Shown: piece by piece, positions 1-8,779 of the stretch
How the letters are laid out: every line of letters starts with the position of its first letter
How positions within the stretch are numbered: position 1 is the stretch's first letter
Source: a virus
IMG/VR virus record: IMGVR_UViG_3300042090_002597
Location: 32,001-96,000 of that record
Direction: 5' to 3' (one strand)
DNA length: 64,000 nt
Program-made: the position numbers and the translations under genes
The notes under the pieces: generated by a model
Databases searched by the model: none
Seen by the model: only the letters and a program-made list of their open reading frames with translations
What the model was told of the DNA's origin: nothing

Positions 1-1705
1 CGTCGTAGTGGAAGTCGCACTTGCCGACGATCTCGGGATCCTCGCCCCGGTGCCACTGGTTGCAGGGCACGAAAAGCGCTGTGAGTGCGGCTGTGAGGCT
101 CGACGATTGCGGCTGGCCCAGCGCGGTATCCCAGGCTTCCTCGATGACCCCCTTCATGCTGTCCGTCCAGCCGCGCACATTCGGCGCCTGAATGCCCAGC
201 GAGAGGTCTTCCGGCGGTATGTACGGCCGGAAATCCTCTTCCTTGAACACACCCTCCCCGCCGCCGGACATGTCCCCGTCATAGTTCACCGCCGCCGTAC
301 GGGGCTGGCGTCGCTTGACGGTCAGGTAGTTCCGGCGCTGGAGCTTGCTGTCCGGCCAGTAGAAGCCCATGCCGGTCTTGTCGATCGCCGCGTAGTAGAC
401 CCGGTATTTCAGATAAAGCGAGTTGTTCTGCTCCTCCGGCGGGGCCAGTTCGCCGGTCTCCGAAAACACGCACTGGAGCACCCGGCCGGTCTCGGGATCC
501 ATCGGCACATAGACGTCGAACCAGAGCCGCCGGCTGCCGCCTCGCCGCGTAGCGGGCAGTTCCATTACCACCCAATCGCCGGACTTGCGCCACTCCTGGT
601 ACAGGTCGTCCTCGGCCCACCAGCGCCCCACCGCCACGCGCCTGCAGCCGCGAGGGTCCGCCCGGCTCATGAGCGTGCGGTAGTACTTGCCCACCACCGT
701 GGCGCGGCTCTCCGGCGTATTGGAGTTCTCCTCGTCGTGGAGATCGTCCAGGATCATCAGGCGGGTGTGCAGACCGGTCAGGGCCTTCGAACCCAGGCCC
801 GCACAGAAATAGGACGGGTTCTCGTCGCCGCGGTGCCGGCCGGTCACGTACAAGCCGCGTTCCAGACTCCAGCCGACACCCGCGTCCGGCCGCACGTCGG
901 GGAAGTATTTTTTGAATGTGGGATCATCCTTGATGATCTGCATCGAGGCCTGAAGGAACGTCTGAGGGAGCCTTTCTCCCGCGGAGACGGACAGGATGGC
1001 CAGGGTCGGATCGTGGCCGAGTTCCCAGGTCGGGTAGACAATATCGAATAAGTTACTATTGTGTGTAACAACCCCGTCAGTAGTTATATAGAGCCCGTCT
1101 ACTACGCCTACCTGTATGCACACACTGCGCTGTTCCTCGGTCTCCTGGCTGGCGTGCTCCAGTCTTACTGTGCCGATCTCATTATTGCTCGGTTCATGGT
1201 GGAGCGGCACGAACCAGTCTATGTCGTCGAGCGTGCTCACAATGTCTTTTGTTTTTACGGTGGACCACTCCCACCCTTCCCATCCAGGTGTTCCGTACCG
1301 GTGCTGCGCCGCCACCCACAGGTGATCTTCGTGACAGGTGACAAGCCTGTTTCCTGCAAAAAACAAATTCCATAATTTACTCTCAGGAACATCAACACGA
1401 GCGACAACGTAGGCGTCGCCGCCCCTCGGATGACTGACTTTGCTGCCCAGTCGGATGAAATCAATCGGTACCCAGCCATCAGGGGTGAGCACCGGCATGT
1501 CTGGTGCTAGTGCCTTCCCCGCCCCTGCACTCACGAGCGCGAGAAGATTCTGGATTCGCTTGTCTTCCAGTCCGGCCACCAGCGGATAGTGGTGCGGTGC
1601 CAGATTGAAGCCCCTACGGCCCTGAACCAGATTGTAGTACTCGGCCAGACCGATCTTGAGTTTGGGTCCTGGATCAGGCGCCGGTGCGGGTTCCGACTTA
1701 CGCAT
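1..1705 (-). CDS. terL: Terminase large subunit (3' end beyond window), intein-containing
   Basis: Manual translation from ATG 1705 (absent from ORF track): MRKSEPAP...LLALVSAGAGK|intein|SNLFDIVYPTWELGHDPTLAILSVS...ALTGLHTRLMILDDLHD...VGRWWAEDDL. Shows Walker A, Walker B and motif III of terminase ATPases. Confidence 0.9.
   Translation of the reverse strand, partial: MRKSEPAPAPDPGPKLKIGLAEYYNLVQGRRGFNLAPHHYPLVAGLEDKRIQNLLALVSAGAGKALAPDMPVLTPDGWVPIDFIRLGSKVSHPRGGDAYVVARVDVPESKLWNLFFAGNRLVTCHEDHLWVAAQHRYGTPGWEGWEWSTVKTKDIVSTLDDIDWFVPLHHEPSNNEIGTVRLEHASQETEEQRSVCIQVGVVDGLYITTDGVVTHNSNLFDIVYPTWELGHDPTLAILSVSAGERLPQTFLQASMQIIKDDPTFKKYFPDVRPDAGVGWSLERGLYVTGRHRGDENPSYFCAGLGSKALTGLHTRLMILDDLHDEENSNTPESRATVVGKYYRTLMSRADPRGCRRVAVGRWWAEDDLYQEWRKSGDWVVMELPATRRGGSRRLWFDVYVPMDPETGRVLQCVFSETGELAPPEEQNNSLYLKYRVYYAAIDKTGMGFYWPDSKLQRRNYLTVKRRQPRTAAVNYDGDMSGGGEGVFKEEDFRPYIPPEDLSLGIQAPNVRGWTDSMKGVIEEAWDTALGQPQSSSLTAALTALFVPCNQWHRGEDPEIVGKCDFHYD
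1058..1513 (-). mobile_element. 152-aa mini-intein in TerL P-loop (class 3, Ala1 start, no homing endonuclease)
   Basis: GK|ALAPDMPVLTPDGW...CHEDHLW...VCIQV...DGLYITTDGVVTHN|S: blocks A, B, F, G, terminal His-Asn, +1 Ser. Confidence 0.92.
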
Positions 1706-2609
1706 ACGCTGGCACTTCTATTCCTGCAGGTGCCATCTTCGCCAAAGGCTTTGATCTAATAGATGCGTCGTACCCAGCAAAATCCGTGTAGCGCCAAAAC
1801 CGACCGTTGATCCACCTCTGCACCCGTTTTAGTTGATGCAGAGTCCAGTCAAAACGGACATTTGGCTCTTTCACCAGCGCATTCAGTTTCACGTACGGTT
1901 GCACATAGGGCTCGCCGCCCCAGCCGATAACCTGCTGTATTCTGTCCATACAAGCGTCGAACGGCTCATTGCCGACAAGCACATAGACTTGCTTGCGCCT
2001 TGGTGAGAAGTCTTTCAGCATCCGCATAACCCGCTCTACATGCGGACCGTCTGCGGCGTCATCGTAAGCAAAACGCCACGGGCCTTTGTTCACGATCGAC
2101 CAGAGCGCCAGCACATCTTCATTGAAAGTGCGCGGCTCAAAGCCGCTGTTGGCGTCCAGCAGAGGCACCCGTGCCTGCAAATAGCGCCGCACTATATGTT
2201 GCTGGTAGTCCATGGAAAGCGCCGACAAATTGTTGTCACACAGGACTGGCCGCACGGGGAAATCAGGCAGCAAAGTGAAATCGCGCCCCTCCATTTTCGG
2301 CACAATGCAGAACCAACAGCCAACTGAGCAGCCTCGGCTGGCGATCGTCGCCATGGGATTATGTCGCGCAACCGCATCCGGGATATCGCCGCCAACTTCG
2401 TCGACCACATCATCTAGGTAATGTTTGCGGGTGAATAGTCCGGGACCGCCCGCGCGCACTTTATATCCCTGCGCCCGGTAGTACTTTGCTCGTTCACGGG
2501 CCTCGTCTAGTCTCCAGGTGAACACAATCGACAGATAGGCCGTGTCGCCGTCGGTCCACTCCACCAGACCGCTGGACGCCCATTTTCCTTTGTTGTACGG
2601 ACTTACCAA
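1698..2609 (-). CDS. Radical SAM protein
   Basis: ASRGCSVGCWFC (CxxxCxxC) and DNN motif. Likely TTG start at 2609 after GGAAGG (track start 2780). Confidence 0.85.
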   Translation of the reverse strand: MVSPYNKGKWASSGLVEWTDGDTAYLSIVFTWRLDEARERAKYYRAQGYKVRAGGPGLFTRKHYLDDVVDEVGGDIPDAVARHNPMATIASRGCSVGCWFCIVPKMEGRDFTLLPDFPVRPVLCDNNLSALSMDYQQHIVRRYLQARVPLLDANSGFEPRTFNEDVLALWSIVNKGPWRFAYDDAADGPHVERVMRMLKDFSPRRKQVYVLVGNEPFDACMDRIQQVIGWGGEPYVQPYVKLNALVKEPNVRFDWTLHQLKRVQRWINGRFWRYTDFAGYDASIRSKPLAKMAPAGIEVPAYA

Positions 2610-2739
2610 AACTGCATCCTTCCGCCCGTATTCGACAAGCCCGAATGACCTTCCGGCGGTGGTCGACCCCAGGTTCCCCGGATCAACACAAAACCGACCA
2701 GTACCGTCACCGTCGCCAATCGAGTAATTGCCCAGAAAG

Positions 2740-3006
2740 TCATGGTGTTGCCTTCGGGCCCCACACCGGGCTGAGATCAATCACATTCAGCGGCTGTACC
2801 GCTGCATCATGCTCCGCATTCACCATCGGAATCTCGATATCCGATTTGCTGGCCGGCTTCTTCTCTTTCCCCTCGCCCTTCAACTTGTTCGCCTCATCCG
2901 CCAGTTTACCGGCCTCGCGGCCGGACATTCCGTGTTCCGCCGCAATGTCCTTGTCGTGCGCGGCCGCATTGAACAGGCGTCTCTGGGCGGGAGTAAAAGG
3001 TGCCAT
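2740..3006 (-). CDS. Small phage hypothetical protein
   Basis: 88-aa ORF in operon context, MAPFTPAQRRLFNAAAHD. Confidence 0.7.
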   Translation of the reverse strand: MAPFTPAQRRLFNAAAHDKDIAAEHGMSGREAGKLADEANKLKGEGKEKKPASKSDIEIPMVNAEHDAAVQPLNVIDLSPVWGPKATP

Positions 3007-3546
3007 CTATTTTCTCCATCTAGCATCTGCTGCCATTTTTGCTAGCGGCGCTATTCGCGCCGCTTTCATCGGAGCCATAGCGTCGTACGCACATTTTCTA
3101 CCGCAGTATTTTGTTTTGCTTTTCATTTTTTCCGCAGTGCCTGATACCGTTACACCACAGTGAGCACAAGTCAAGCTAACTATCTTAACACGAGCAGCAT
3201 CTTTGCACACAGCAGAACAAAATCGTTTTGTTTTGTCTTTATGTATCCTAGATTTTGGTTTTAAGTCTACTTTCCCGCACCACACACACCGCACAGGTAT
3301 CCGCGGATGATGCAGTTGCTGGTGGCACCGCGCACAGAGCCACCGGACAACAAGCGGTTTACTGTAATCATCGTGGTGAGCTTGTGTCGGTTCAGCGCCG
3401 CATTTCTCACAAGAAAGTGTAGTTAATCGTCCGTCGCGAACTGCGCGAGATAGTTTCATTCTCGCAGCTTGGCGCATATTGCTTTCGGGCTTTGCACGCT
3501 GGCGGCGGTTATACTCAGCACGTTTTGCGGGGTCTATTTTTGTCAT
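3007..3546 (-). CDS. HNH endonuclease with Zn-ribbon repeats
   Basis: CEKCG..AHHDDYSKPLVVRWLCARCH, followed by CxxC..(F/Y)CxxxC repeats; lower GC than flanks. Confidence 0.85.
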   Translation of the reverse strand: MTKIDPAKRAEYNRRQRAKPESNMRQAARMKLSRAVRDGRLTTLSCEKCGAEPTQAHHDDYSKPLVVRWLCARCHQQLHHPRIPVRCVWCGKVDLKPKSRIHKDKTKRFCSAVCKDAARVKIVSLTCAHCGVTVSGTAEKMKSKTKYCGRKCAYDAMAPMKAARIAPLAKMAADARWRK

Positions 3547-3675
3547 CTAACTTGCGTAGCACAGCGTGCCTTGCCACGCAAGTTAAATGTTTACTATAAC
3601 TAAGACTGTTTCTCGGTCCAGGGCACGGCACAATCCTCCGCTATGGAAAGGCATAGCCTACCCCGGAAGCCGCTG

Positions 3676-3732
3676 TCAGGTAAAGGCGAAGTTCGCCGCA
3701 GTCAGCTTTTCGCCAATGAAGACAGCGCCCCC
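3676..3732 (-). pseudogene. Orphan copy of the RTX-like gene 3' end
   Basis: Encodes GGAVFIGEKLTAANFAFT* versus GGGDIVFIGEKPTAANFSFT* at the end of 4136..5170. Confidence 0.75.
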
Positions 3733-3740
3733 GCTACTGG

Positions 3741-4139
3741 TTATGGTTCGCTGATTCCGCGAATACTGACACCAAAGAACGGTGTTATCTCCGCATGCCT
3801 GCCAAATATCTTAGCAGTCGCCAAACTATCCTTGATACTCAATTTGTGCGCGAAAAAACTTTGTGCGGATCCGTCGTATCTGACTTTCTGCATTTCCATT
3901 TTGCAGTAAGGGTTCGGTGTGTCAGAGACAGAGTTGATCGAAGTCAGCGCATAGATTCCTTCGAAAACAAGCGGAGCCGCAACAGATGGGCTCATTGTCT
4001 CGACGCACTGGCGCACTGTCTCAGCGTGCCCGGCAGCATTGGTGAGACCAATACCAACACAATGATGCAGAAATACGATCGCCGCTTCCAGCTTTTCCTT
4101 TAGCTTGTCCTCGGCCGATCTTGGAGCGTACGCGCTCAT
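3741..4139 (-). CDS. Hypothetical protein
   Basis: 132-aa ORF, ATGA overlap with RTX-like gene. Confidence 0.65.
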   Translation of the reverse strand: MSAYAPRSAEDKLKEKLEAAIVFLHHCVGIGLTNAAGHAETVRQCVETMSPSVAAPLVFEGIYALTSINSVSDTPNPYCKMEMQKVRYDGSAQSFFAHKLSIKDSLATAKIFGRHAEITPFFGVSIRGISEP

Positions 4140-5170
4140 GTGAAACTGAAATTCGCTGCGGTCGGTTTTTCACCGATAAAGACAATGTCCCCGCCGCCGG
4201 GGATAGGCAATTTCCAGTTGCCGCCCGCATGCACCAGCGCCGCCTTCACCTCCGTGAAAGTGCCGAGCCCGGTGATCTGGTGCAGATCAACCACATTGGT
4301 TCCGAGATCATTGATGTCCGCCTGTCCGCCGTAATCTCCGGCGGTGCCGTCCACAATGACCGTGTTGCCGGCCAGACCCATCCCGATCGCGGCGGAGCCG
4401 TTATCGGTGAGAAACACCCGGTTGAGAATTCCCGCTTCGGAAATGGTGGTGTAGAGCGTGTGCCCGGACACATAGACGCTGCTGCCGTCATCAACAAAGA
4501 CATCCGCCTTTGCCGGCGTTCCGTCATCATCGCCACCAACACTGATCGTGTCCGCCCACCCCAACGCCACCACATTGGAGTAGCCGGCGTTGATCGAGAT
4601 GTGATCGTAGGCACCCCCCGCCACTATGGTGCTGTCGCCACCGGCGCTGACGATGGTGTCGATGCGCCCATTGGCGACAATCACATCGGACTTGCCGCCG
4701 AGTGCCGCCACATTGATCAGATCATTGTCGCCGCGGGCCTGGATGGTGTTGCGGCCCGAACCGGCCACGATCACATCACTGTTGCCGCTGGCGGAGATAT
4801 CGTTGTTGCCGTCGCCGACCGATATGTAGGCGCCCGCGCCAGCGTCGTGGATGACCGTGTTGCCGTTCCCGGCGACGATGGCGCCCTGGGCCATCTGCCC
4901 CGCGTCGACCACGTCAGTATTGCCCTTGACGGACTGCAGGATGACCAGATCATTGGTGCTGACGCCGGTCAACGTGACCGTGCTGTTGCCAGGTCCGAGC
5001 GTGACCCCGCCGTCCTTGACATGATCTACTTGAGCTGTGTCATTGCCGGGGCCCATGGCTACGAACAGGCCCTCGCCGGTACCTGTGCCGGTCACGGTGA
5101 TGTCGAAATTTCCTGCGCCGACGGTGAGGTATGCATTACTGCCGGCGATGGAGAGCGGAATTTGTTTCAT
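4136..5170 (-). CDS. RTX/hemolysin-type Gly-Asp-rich beta-roll-like protein
   Basis: Degenerate nonapeptide repeats (GPGNDTAQV, GDGNNDISA, SGNSDVIVA, RGDNDLINV); no signal peptide; C-terminus TAANFSFT. Confidence 0.7.
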   Translation of the reverse strand: MKQIPLSIAGSNAYLTVGAGNFDITVTGTGTGEGLFVAMGPGNDTAQVDHVKDGGVTLGPGNSTVTLTGVSTNDLVILQSVKGNTDVVDAGQMAQGAIVAGNGNTVIHDAGAGAYISVGDGNNDISASGNSDVIVAGSGRNTIQARGDNDLINVAALGGKSDVIVANGRIDTIVSAGGDSTIVAGGAYDHISINAGYSNVVALGWADTISVGGDDDGTPAKADVFVDDGSSVYVSGHTLYTTISEAGILNRVFLTDNGSAAIGMGLAGNTVIVDGTAGDYGGQADINDLGTNVVDLHQITGLGTFTEVKAALVHAGGNWKLPIPGGGDIVFIGEKPTAANFSFT

Positions 5171-5559
5171 TGTGGTGGAAAGTCCTTTTCCATGAGTTCA
5201 GCATTGAGCCGCGCATTTTCGAGTTCAAGATCGACCACTTTGCGCTGAAGTGCGCGGATGATCGTGTGGTTGTTCTTGATCGTGTCCGTGGCTTCTTCCA
5301 GGTCTTTGAGACACGACCGGGCGAGTTCCTGCGCTTCCTCGGTGATGATAGCCCGCCTTTTGCTGCTGGAAACAGGCATGACTCCGGACCGCCGCATGGC
5401 TCTAATTCCTGCGATCAGGCTGAACGCCGCCACTGTCAAGAAACCACAACCGAGAACTCCGAGGCACACTATTATAGTTGTGAAAATCCAGTCAGATGAC
5501 ATCATGGCTGGCCGCCGCGCAGCAGCATCGCGAACGAGACGAATGCCCACAGCCCGCAC
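5167..5559 (-). CDS. Membrane-anchored coiled-coil hypothetical protein (true start probably ~5500)
   Basis: Hydrophobic helix followed by heptad-rich C-terminus. Confidence 0.55.
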   Translation of the reverse strand: MRAVGIRLVRDAAARRPAMMSSDWIFTTIIVCLGVLGCGFLTVAAFSLIAGIRAMRRSGVMPVSSSKRRAIITEEAQELARSCLKDLEEATDTIKNNHTIIRALQRKVVDLELENARLNAELMEKDFPPQ

Positions 5560-5653
5560 GCAGCCATCAGCATGGTGGTGCGCGGCGGGTAGACGTTCCG
5601 CCTGCCGCCGAAGATGATGACGTAGCCGACGAAAAACAGAAAGAAGAGGTGCA

Positions 5654-5947
5654 TCAGTTACGTTCCACTTTGAACACTGCCACGTAAAATTCGCGGCGAA
5701 AATTCTTTTCGAACTCCACTTTTACAAGCGATATTGAGTGGCCCCAGTTTTCGCCGTCGTCTTCGACAAACTTGTTGATAGCCATCTCGTACGCTTGCGG
5801 AAGCTGAGCGATGTGGTCAAGCTCGATGCGTATCGTCGCAGGTAGGCTAGTGTGCATCACCATGCCTGACGCAGCCGTGTTTTCCGTCATCTGACGATCC
5901 TGAACGCTGGCGTTGTCTGATTGGGGTCGCCGGGTAGCACGATGCAA
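5654..5947 (-). CDS. Hypothetical protein (start probably ~5890)
   Basis: ORF track, operon context. Confidence 0.5.
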   Translation of the reverse strand: MHRATRRPQSDNASVQDRQMTENTAASGMVMHTSLPATIRIELDHIAQLPQAYEMAINKFVEDDGENWGHSISLVKVEFEKNFRREFYVAVFKVERN

Positions 5948-6111
5948 CTCAGCGCCGCAAAAGCGGTGCAGAAAGCGGCGACGTAGGCTGCGGTGCGCAG
6001 CAGCGGGCGGCGGTAGTGCCAGGCCGCTGTGAGCGCGGCTCCAAGCAGAAAAAAGCGGATGAAGGTGCGTTCCATGACCGCTGCCATAGCCTGTTGTGTT
6101 ATTACGGTCAA
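5887..6111 (-). CDS. Small membrane protein (start probably ~6075)
   Basis: Two hydrophobic segments. Confidence 0.5.
   Translation of the reverse strand: MTVITQQAMAAVMERTFIRFFLLGAALTAAWHYRRPLLRTAAYVAAFCTAFAALSCIVLPGDPNQTTPAFRIVR
6083..6111 (-). promoter_or_regulatory. Sigma70-like promoter with 16-bp motif in spacer
   Basis: TTGACC-17-TATGGC on minus strand; CTGTTGTGTTATTACG at 6091-6106. Confidence 0.55.
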
Positions 6112-6164
6112 GTGAATAATTTTCAGCGGCTATGGTATTTTCTGGCGGGCGAGTGACTGAGGTG

Positions 6165-6350
6165 GCTGTTACGTTACATATTACGTATTACATTTGAAAT
6201 AGATTCTATTTTTTCTCTAAACAACAGCATCATAGGCTGGTTTTGCTACAAAAATACTATTACATTAAAAAGGCTCGTCATATTTTTTCTTGGAGCAACT
6301 CATTGATGTTGTTACAAAAACCATTACATTAAAAAGTGCTACTGTATTTT
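6165..6350. repeat. AT-rich region with ATTACATTAAAAAG direct repeats and TTAC(A/G) iterations
   Basis: ATTACATTAAAAAG at 6259-6272 and 6323-6336, each preceded by TACAAAAA. Confidence 0.7.
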
Positions 6351-6781
6351 TCCGAGAAGCCAGGCCGGGTAGCCGAACCAAAACTGAATACTTTCCCCAC
6401 CTCCCCCGGCCTGGCTAGGACTGGAATCCTTAGCATGCTTCGCCTGCCTAGGCTGGCGCAGCTGCGGCCGCGGTTTCTCAGGCCGCGCCGCTGTGTGCTG
6501 TGCTGCAGTCTCTTGATTGTGTCAGTGTGTAACCTCGCTTTCATACTCGATCCACGCCGCGAATCCGCTCACATATTGCAGCAACTCTGCCGCAGTACGC
6601 ATTGCTGCGTTATTGTGGATGAGAGCGCCGCGCGTAAGAGAATGAGCCTTGCCGTTAGCGTCTATCCAGTGAAGGCGGGTTGCGGTCATGTGATTAACTC
6701 CGGTTGACATTGACTATATAGCGTCGCTATACACAGTTTGTCTAATGCTTAAAGCGCATATCAGAATTGCAATTCTTGCAT

Positions 6782-6810
6782 TTGACAGTGCTATACCATG
6801 ACGCTACATA
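6782..6810 (+). promoter_or_regulatory. Early promoter 1
   Basis: TTGACA-9-CATGAC-GC-TACATA, upstream of AAGGAG RBS. Confidence 0.7.
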
Positions 6811-6843
6811 GGACATACCGAAATTGATTGAAGGAGAAAACCA

Positions 6844-7287
6844 GTGAGTGACGCAACTGCGGAGAGGATCCGCCCGCTCTATGTGGCTATTGCTACAGCT
6901 CTAGAAGCGCTGCAGGGTTGCCGCCGTGACAACGCCAACGAATCTCAGCGATCGTGGGAGAGTAAATGGGAGGCATTCATTGTGCGCGCATCATGCGAAT
7001 TGCCGCGCGGTAGTGGCTTTGACTCCTACCCTGCGATTGATACCGACGACATCAAGGCAAACAGGATCACCATTACGGGGTCTTATCACTGCATGGACGC
7101 TGATGGTTACTATTGCGGATGGACTGACTACACTGTCACTGTGAAGCCTAGCCTGACAAATGGTTTCACTATGCGAATCGTCGGCGGAGATTCAGACTTT
7201 AAGGATTATGTTCACGAATGCTTTGACATTGCGTTGCGACAAGAATTCCCGGAGTCCGCATTTTACGAATTGCCAGTCAAGGCCTAG
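6844..7287 (+). CDS. Early hypothetical protein
   Basis: Strong RBS; LPRGSGFD motif. Confidence 0.8.
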   Translation: MSDATAERIRPLYVAIATALEALQGCRRDNANESQRSWESKWEAFIVRASCELPRGSGFDSYPAIDTDDIKANRITITGSYHCMDADGYYCGWTDYTVTVKPSLTNGFTMRIVGGDSDFKDYVHECFDIALRQEFPESAFYELPVKA

Positions 7288-7337
7288 CCTTTACACCTAG
7301 CAGCCTCGCGAGGCTGCTAGAGTAAAGCCTAGAAACA
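7284..7337 (+). repeat. Intergenic hairpin element, copy 1
   Basis: CTAGCCTTTACACCTAG-[CAGCCT CGCG AGGCTG]-CTAGAGTAAAGCCTAGAAACA. Confidence 0.85.
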
Positions 7338-7353
7338 ATATGGAGATAGTAAC

Positions 7354-7854
7354 ATGTTCGAAACTACAGAAATCTTTTTGCATGGATTCGGCGAGGGCGC
7401 GAAAACGCTGCGCCAGCGCTTTGAGATGCGCAAGACATGCGGACCGTACCGCCGTGTTGTGCCGTCACTGGTTAGTGGCCGCCGCACTGAAAAACAAAAC
7501 GGTACAGGGTTTTATTTTGACCGGCATGGCCAGATGAACAGTGCCGACTCCGCATTCCGGCTTCGTGTGTATGACGCACTCCCACAAGGGCACGGCATGG
7601 TGACAGGGTATTACGCCGACGAATTCGGAGATACGATCATTCGGCCGTATGTCTTGGCGCTACCGCACGGCCGTGGGTTTCTCGCGGCATATGGCGAGGG
7701 CGCGGGAATGTGGGGGAGCGTAGAATTCAACATTTACGACTCGCTTGAAGAGGCGGGATATGTTGCGCACTCTCTTGCTGAAAATGCTGCAGAGCGCGAG
7801 CGTGATTACCGCGAAAACGAGCAATTAGAAGAAGAGGAAGAAAACGCAGAATAG
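7354..7854 (+). CDS. Early hypothetical protein with acidic tail
   Basis: GGAG RBS; ends EEEEENAE. Confidence 0.75.
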   Translation: MFETTEIFLHGFGEGAKTLRQRFEMRKTCGPYRRVVPSLVSGRRTEKQNGTGFYFDRHGQMNSADSAFRLRVYDALPQGHGMVTGYYADEFGDTIIRPYVLALPHGRGFLAAYGEGAGMWGSVEFNIYDSLEEAGYVAHSLAENAAERERDYRENEQLEEEEENAE

Positions 7855-7859
7855 CTAAT

Positions 7860-7923
7860 CTAGCCTTTACACCTAGTATCACGCTATGCTGTAGCTGTGA
7901 TACTAGAGCAAAGCCTAGAAACA
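7860..7923 (+). repeat. Intergenic hairpin element, copy 2
   Basis: CTAGCCTTTACACCTAG-[TATCAC...GTGATA]-CTAGAGCAAAGCCTAGAAACA. Confidence 0.85.
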
Positions 7924-7933
7924 GGAGTCTGTT

Positions 7934-8134
7934 ATGGCGCTATATGTTGTTACTGCGACTCGACTCGTGCGGCAATTCACGCAGGCTGTAGTTGAAATCG
8001 AGGCGGACTCGTCTGAGATTGCCTGCAGCATGGCCGAGGGTATGGAGTCGGATGGTGATCTTGAATTCAAGGTAATAGGTCCGACGGATGGCGATGACGT
8101 CGAATATAGCGCAGTAGAAACGGAGTCAATCTGA
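7934..8134 (+). CDS. Small acidic hypothetical protein
   Basis: AGGAG RBS, 66 aa. Confidence 0.7.
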   Translation: MALYVVTATRLVRQFTQAVVEIEADSSEIACSMAEGMESDGDLEFKVIGPTDGDDVEYSAVETESI

Positions 8135-8430
8135 TGACAAAGCACCCCGCCGGACCGTTCCGCGTGTCTGTCACATGCTACCGCATAGCACCACTGGTAG
8201 ACACACGCGACACAGCGCAAATTTACTCTTCTTTTCATCGCTCGCCGCATGCAGCTGGTCGCCGTCTCGCAAGCATCATTCGTGAAAAAACGAATCTTGC
8301 ACGTGATGTGCGGCGCTGTATGCCGCGCGATTATGCCGGAAAATACATGATCGAAACAGGATCCGGCACAAAGTACGCGCTTAACGATTTTCGCGCAAAA
8401 TTTTGCAGTGAGGAATCGTCCGATGCGTAA
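8134..8430 (+). CDS. Hypothetical protein
   Basis: TGATG coupling to upstream gene. Confidence 0.65.
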   Translation: MTKHPAGPFRVSVTCYRIAPLVDTRDTAQIYSSFHRSPHAAGRRLASIIREKTNLARDVRRCMPRDYAGKYMIETGSGTKYALNDFRAKFCSEESSDA

Positions 8431-8638
8431 AATCATTCCCGCGAATCCGACCGGCGGCGCAGCTGCCTCGCCAGCGTCATGGGTCATCGTGCGAGTCGCT
8501 ACCGGCGAGGCAATCGCCGAGACGTATCTGCAGCATGTCGCCGAGGCAATCAATCGAGACAAATACAAGGCGGTGCCGGTCGGCGAATATCTCGGCCAGT
8601 TAAACAGGCGAATCAAAGCCGGCGAAATCGGTCAATAG
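8423..8638 (+). CDS. Hypothetical protein
   Basis: GAGG RBS. Confidence 0.65.
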   Translation: MRKIIPANPTGGAAASPASWVIVRVATGEAIAETYLQHVAEAINRDKYKAVPVGEYLGQLNRRIKAGEIGQ

Positions 8639-8675
8639 AGCCGCGGCCTGGCCAATTTAGGATTTAATACTTATC

Positions 8676-8779
8676 GCAATCTGCAATGATTATGGATCAT
8701 AATCATTGCAGATTGCTGATAGTTTGATATTGAATGGTTATGGCTCATAATTATCATATAGAATAGTTATGTTTCATAA
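8676..8779. promoter_or_regulatory. 19-bp perfect inverted repeat plus three TTATGnnnCATAA palindromes
   Basis: GCAATCTGCAATGATTATG-GAT-CATAATCATTGCAGATTGC (8676-8716); palindromes at 8690, 8738, 8767. Confidence 0.75.

Noticed and set aside
8-1051. 347-aa plus-strand ORF
   Set aside because: Antisense shadow of terL
3676-4200. Diversity-generating retroelement TR/VR pair
   Set aside because: Differences are mostly synonymous and not adenine-specific, and no reverse transcriptase is in the window
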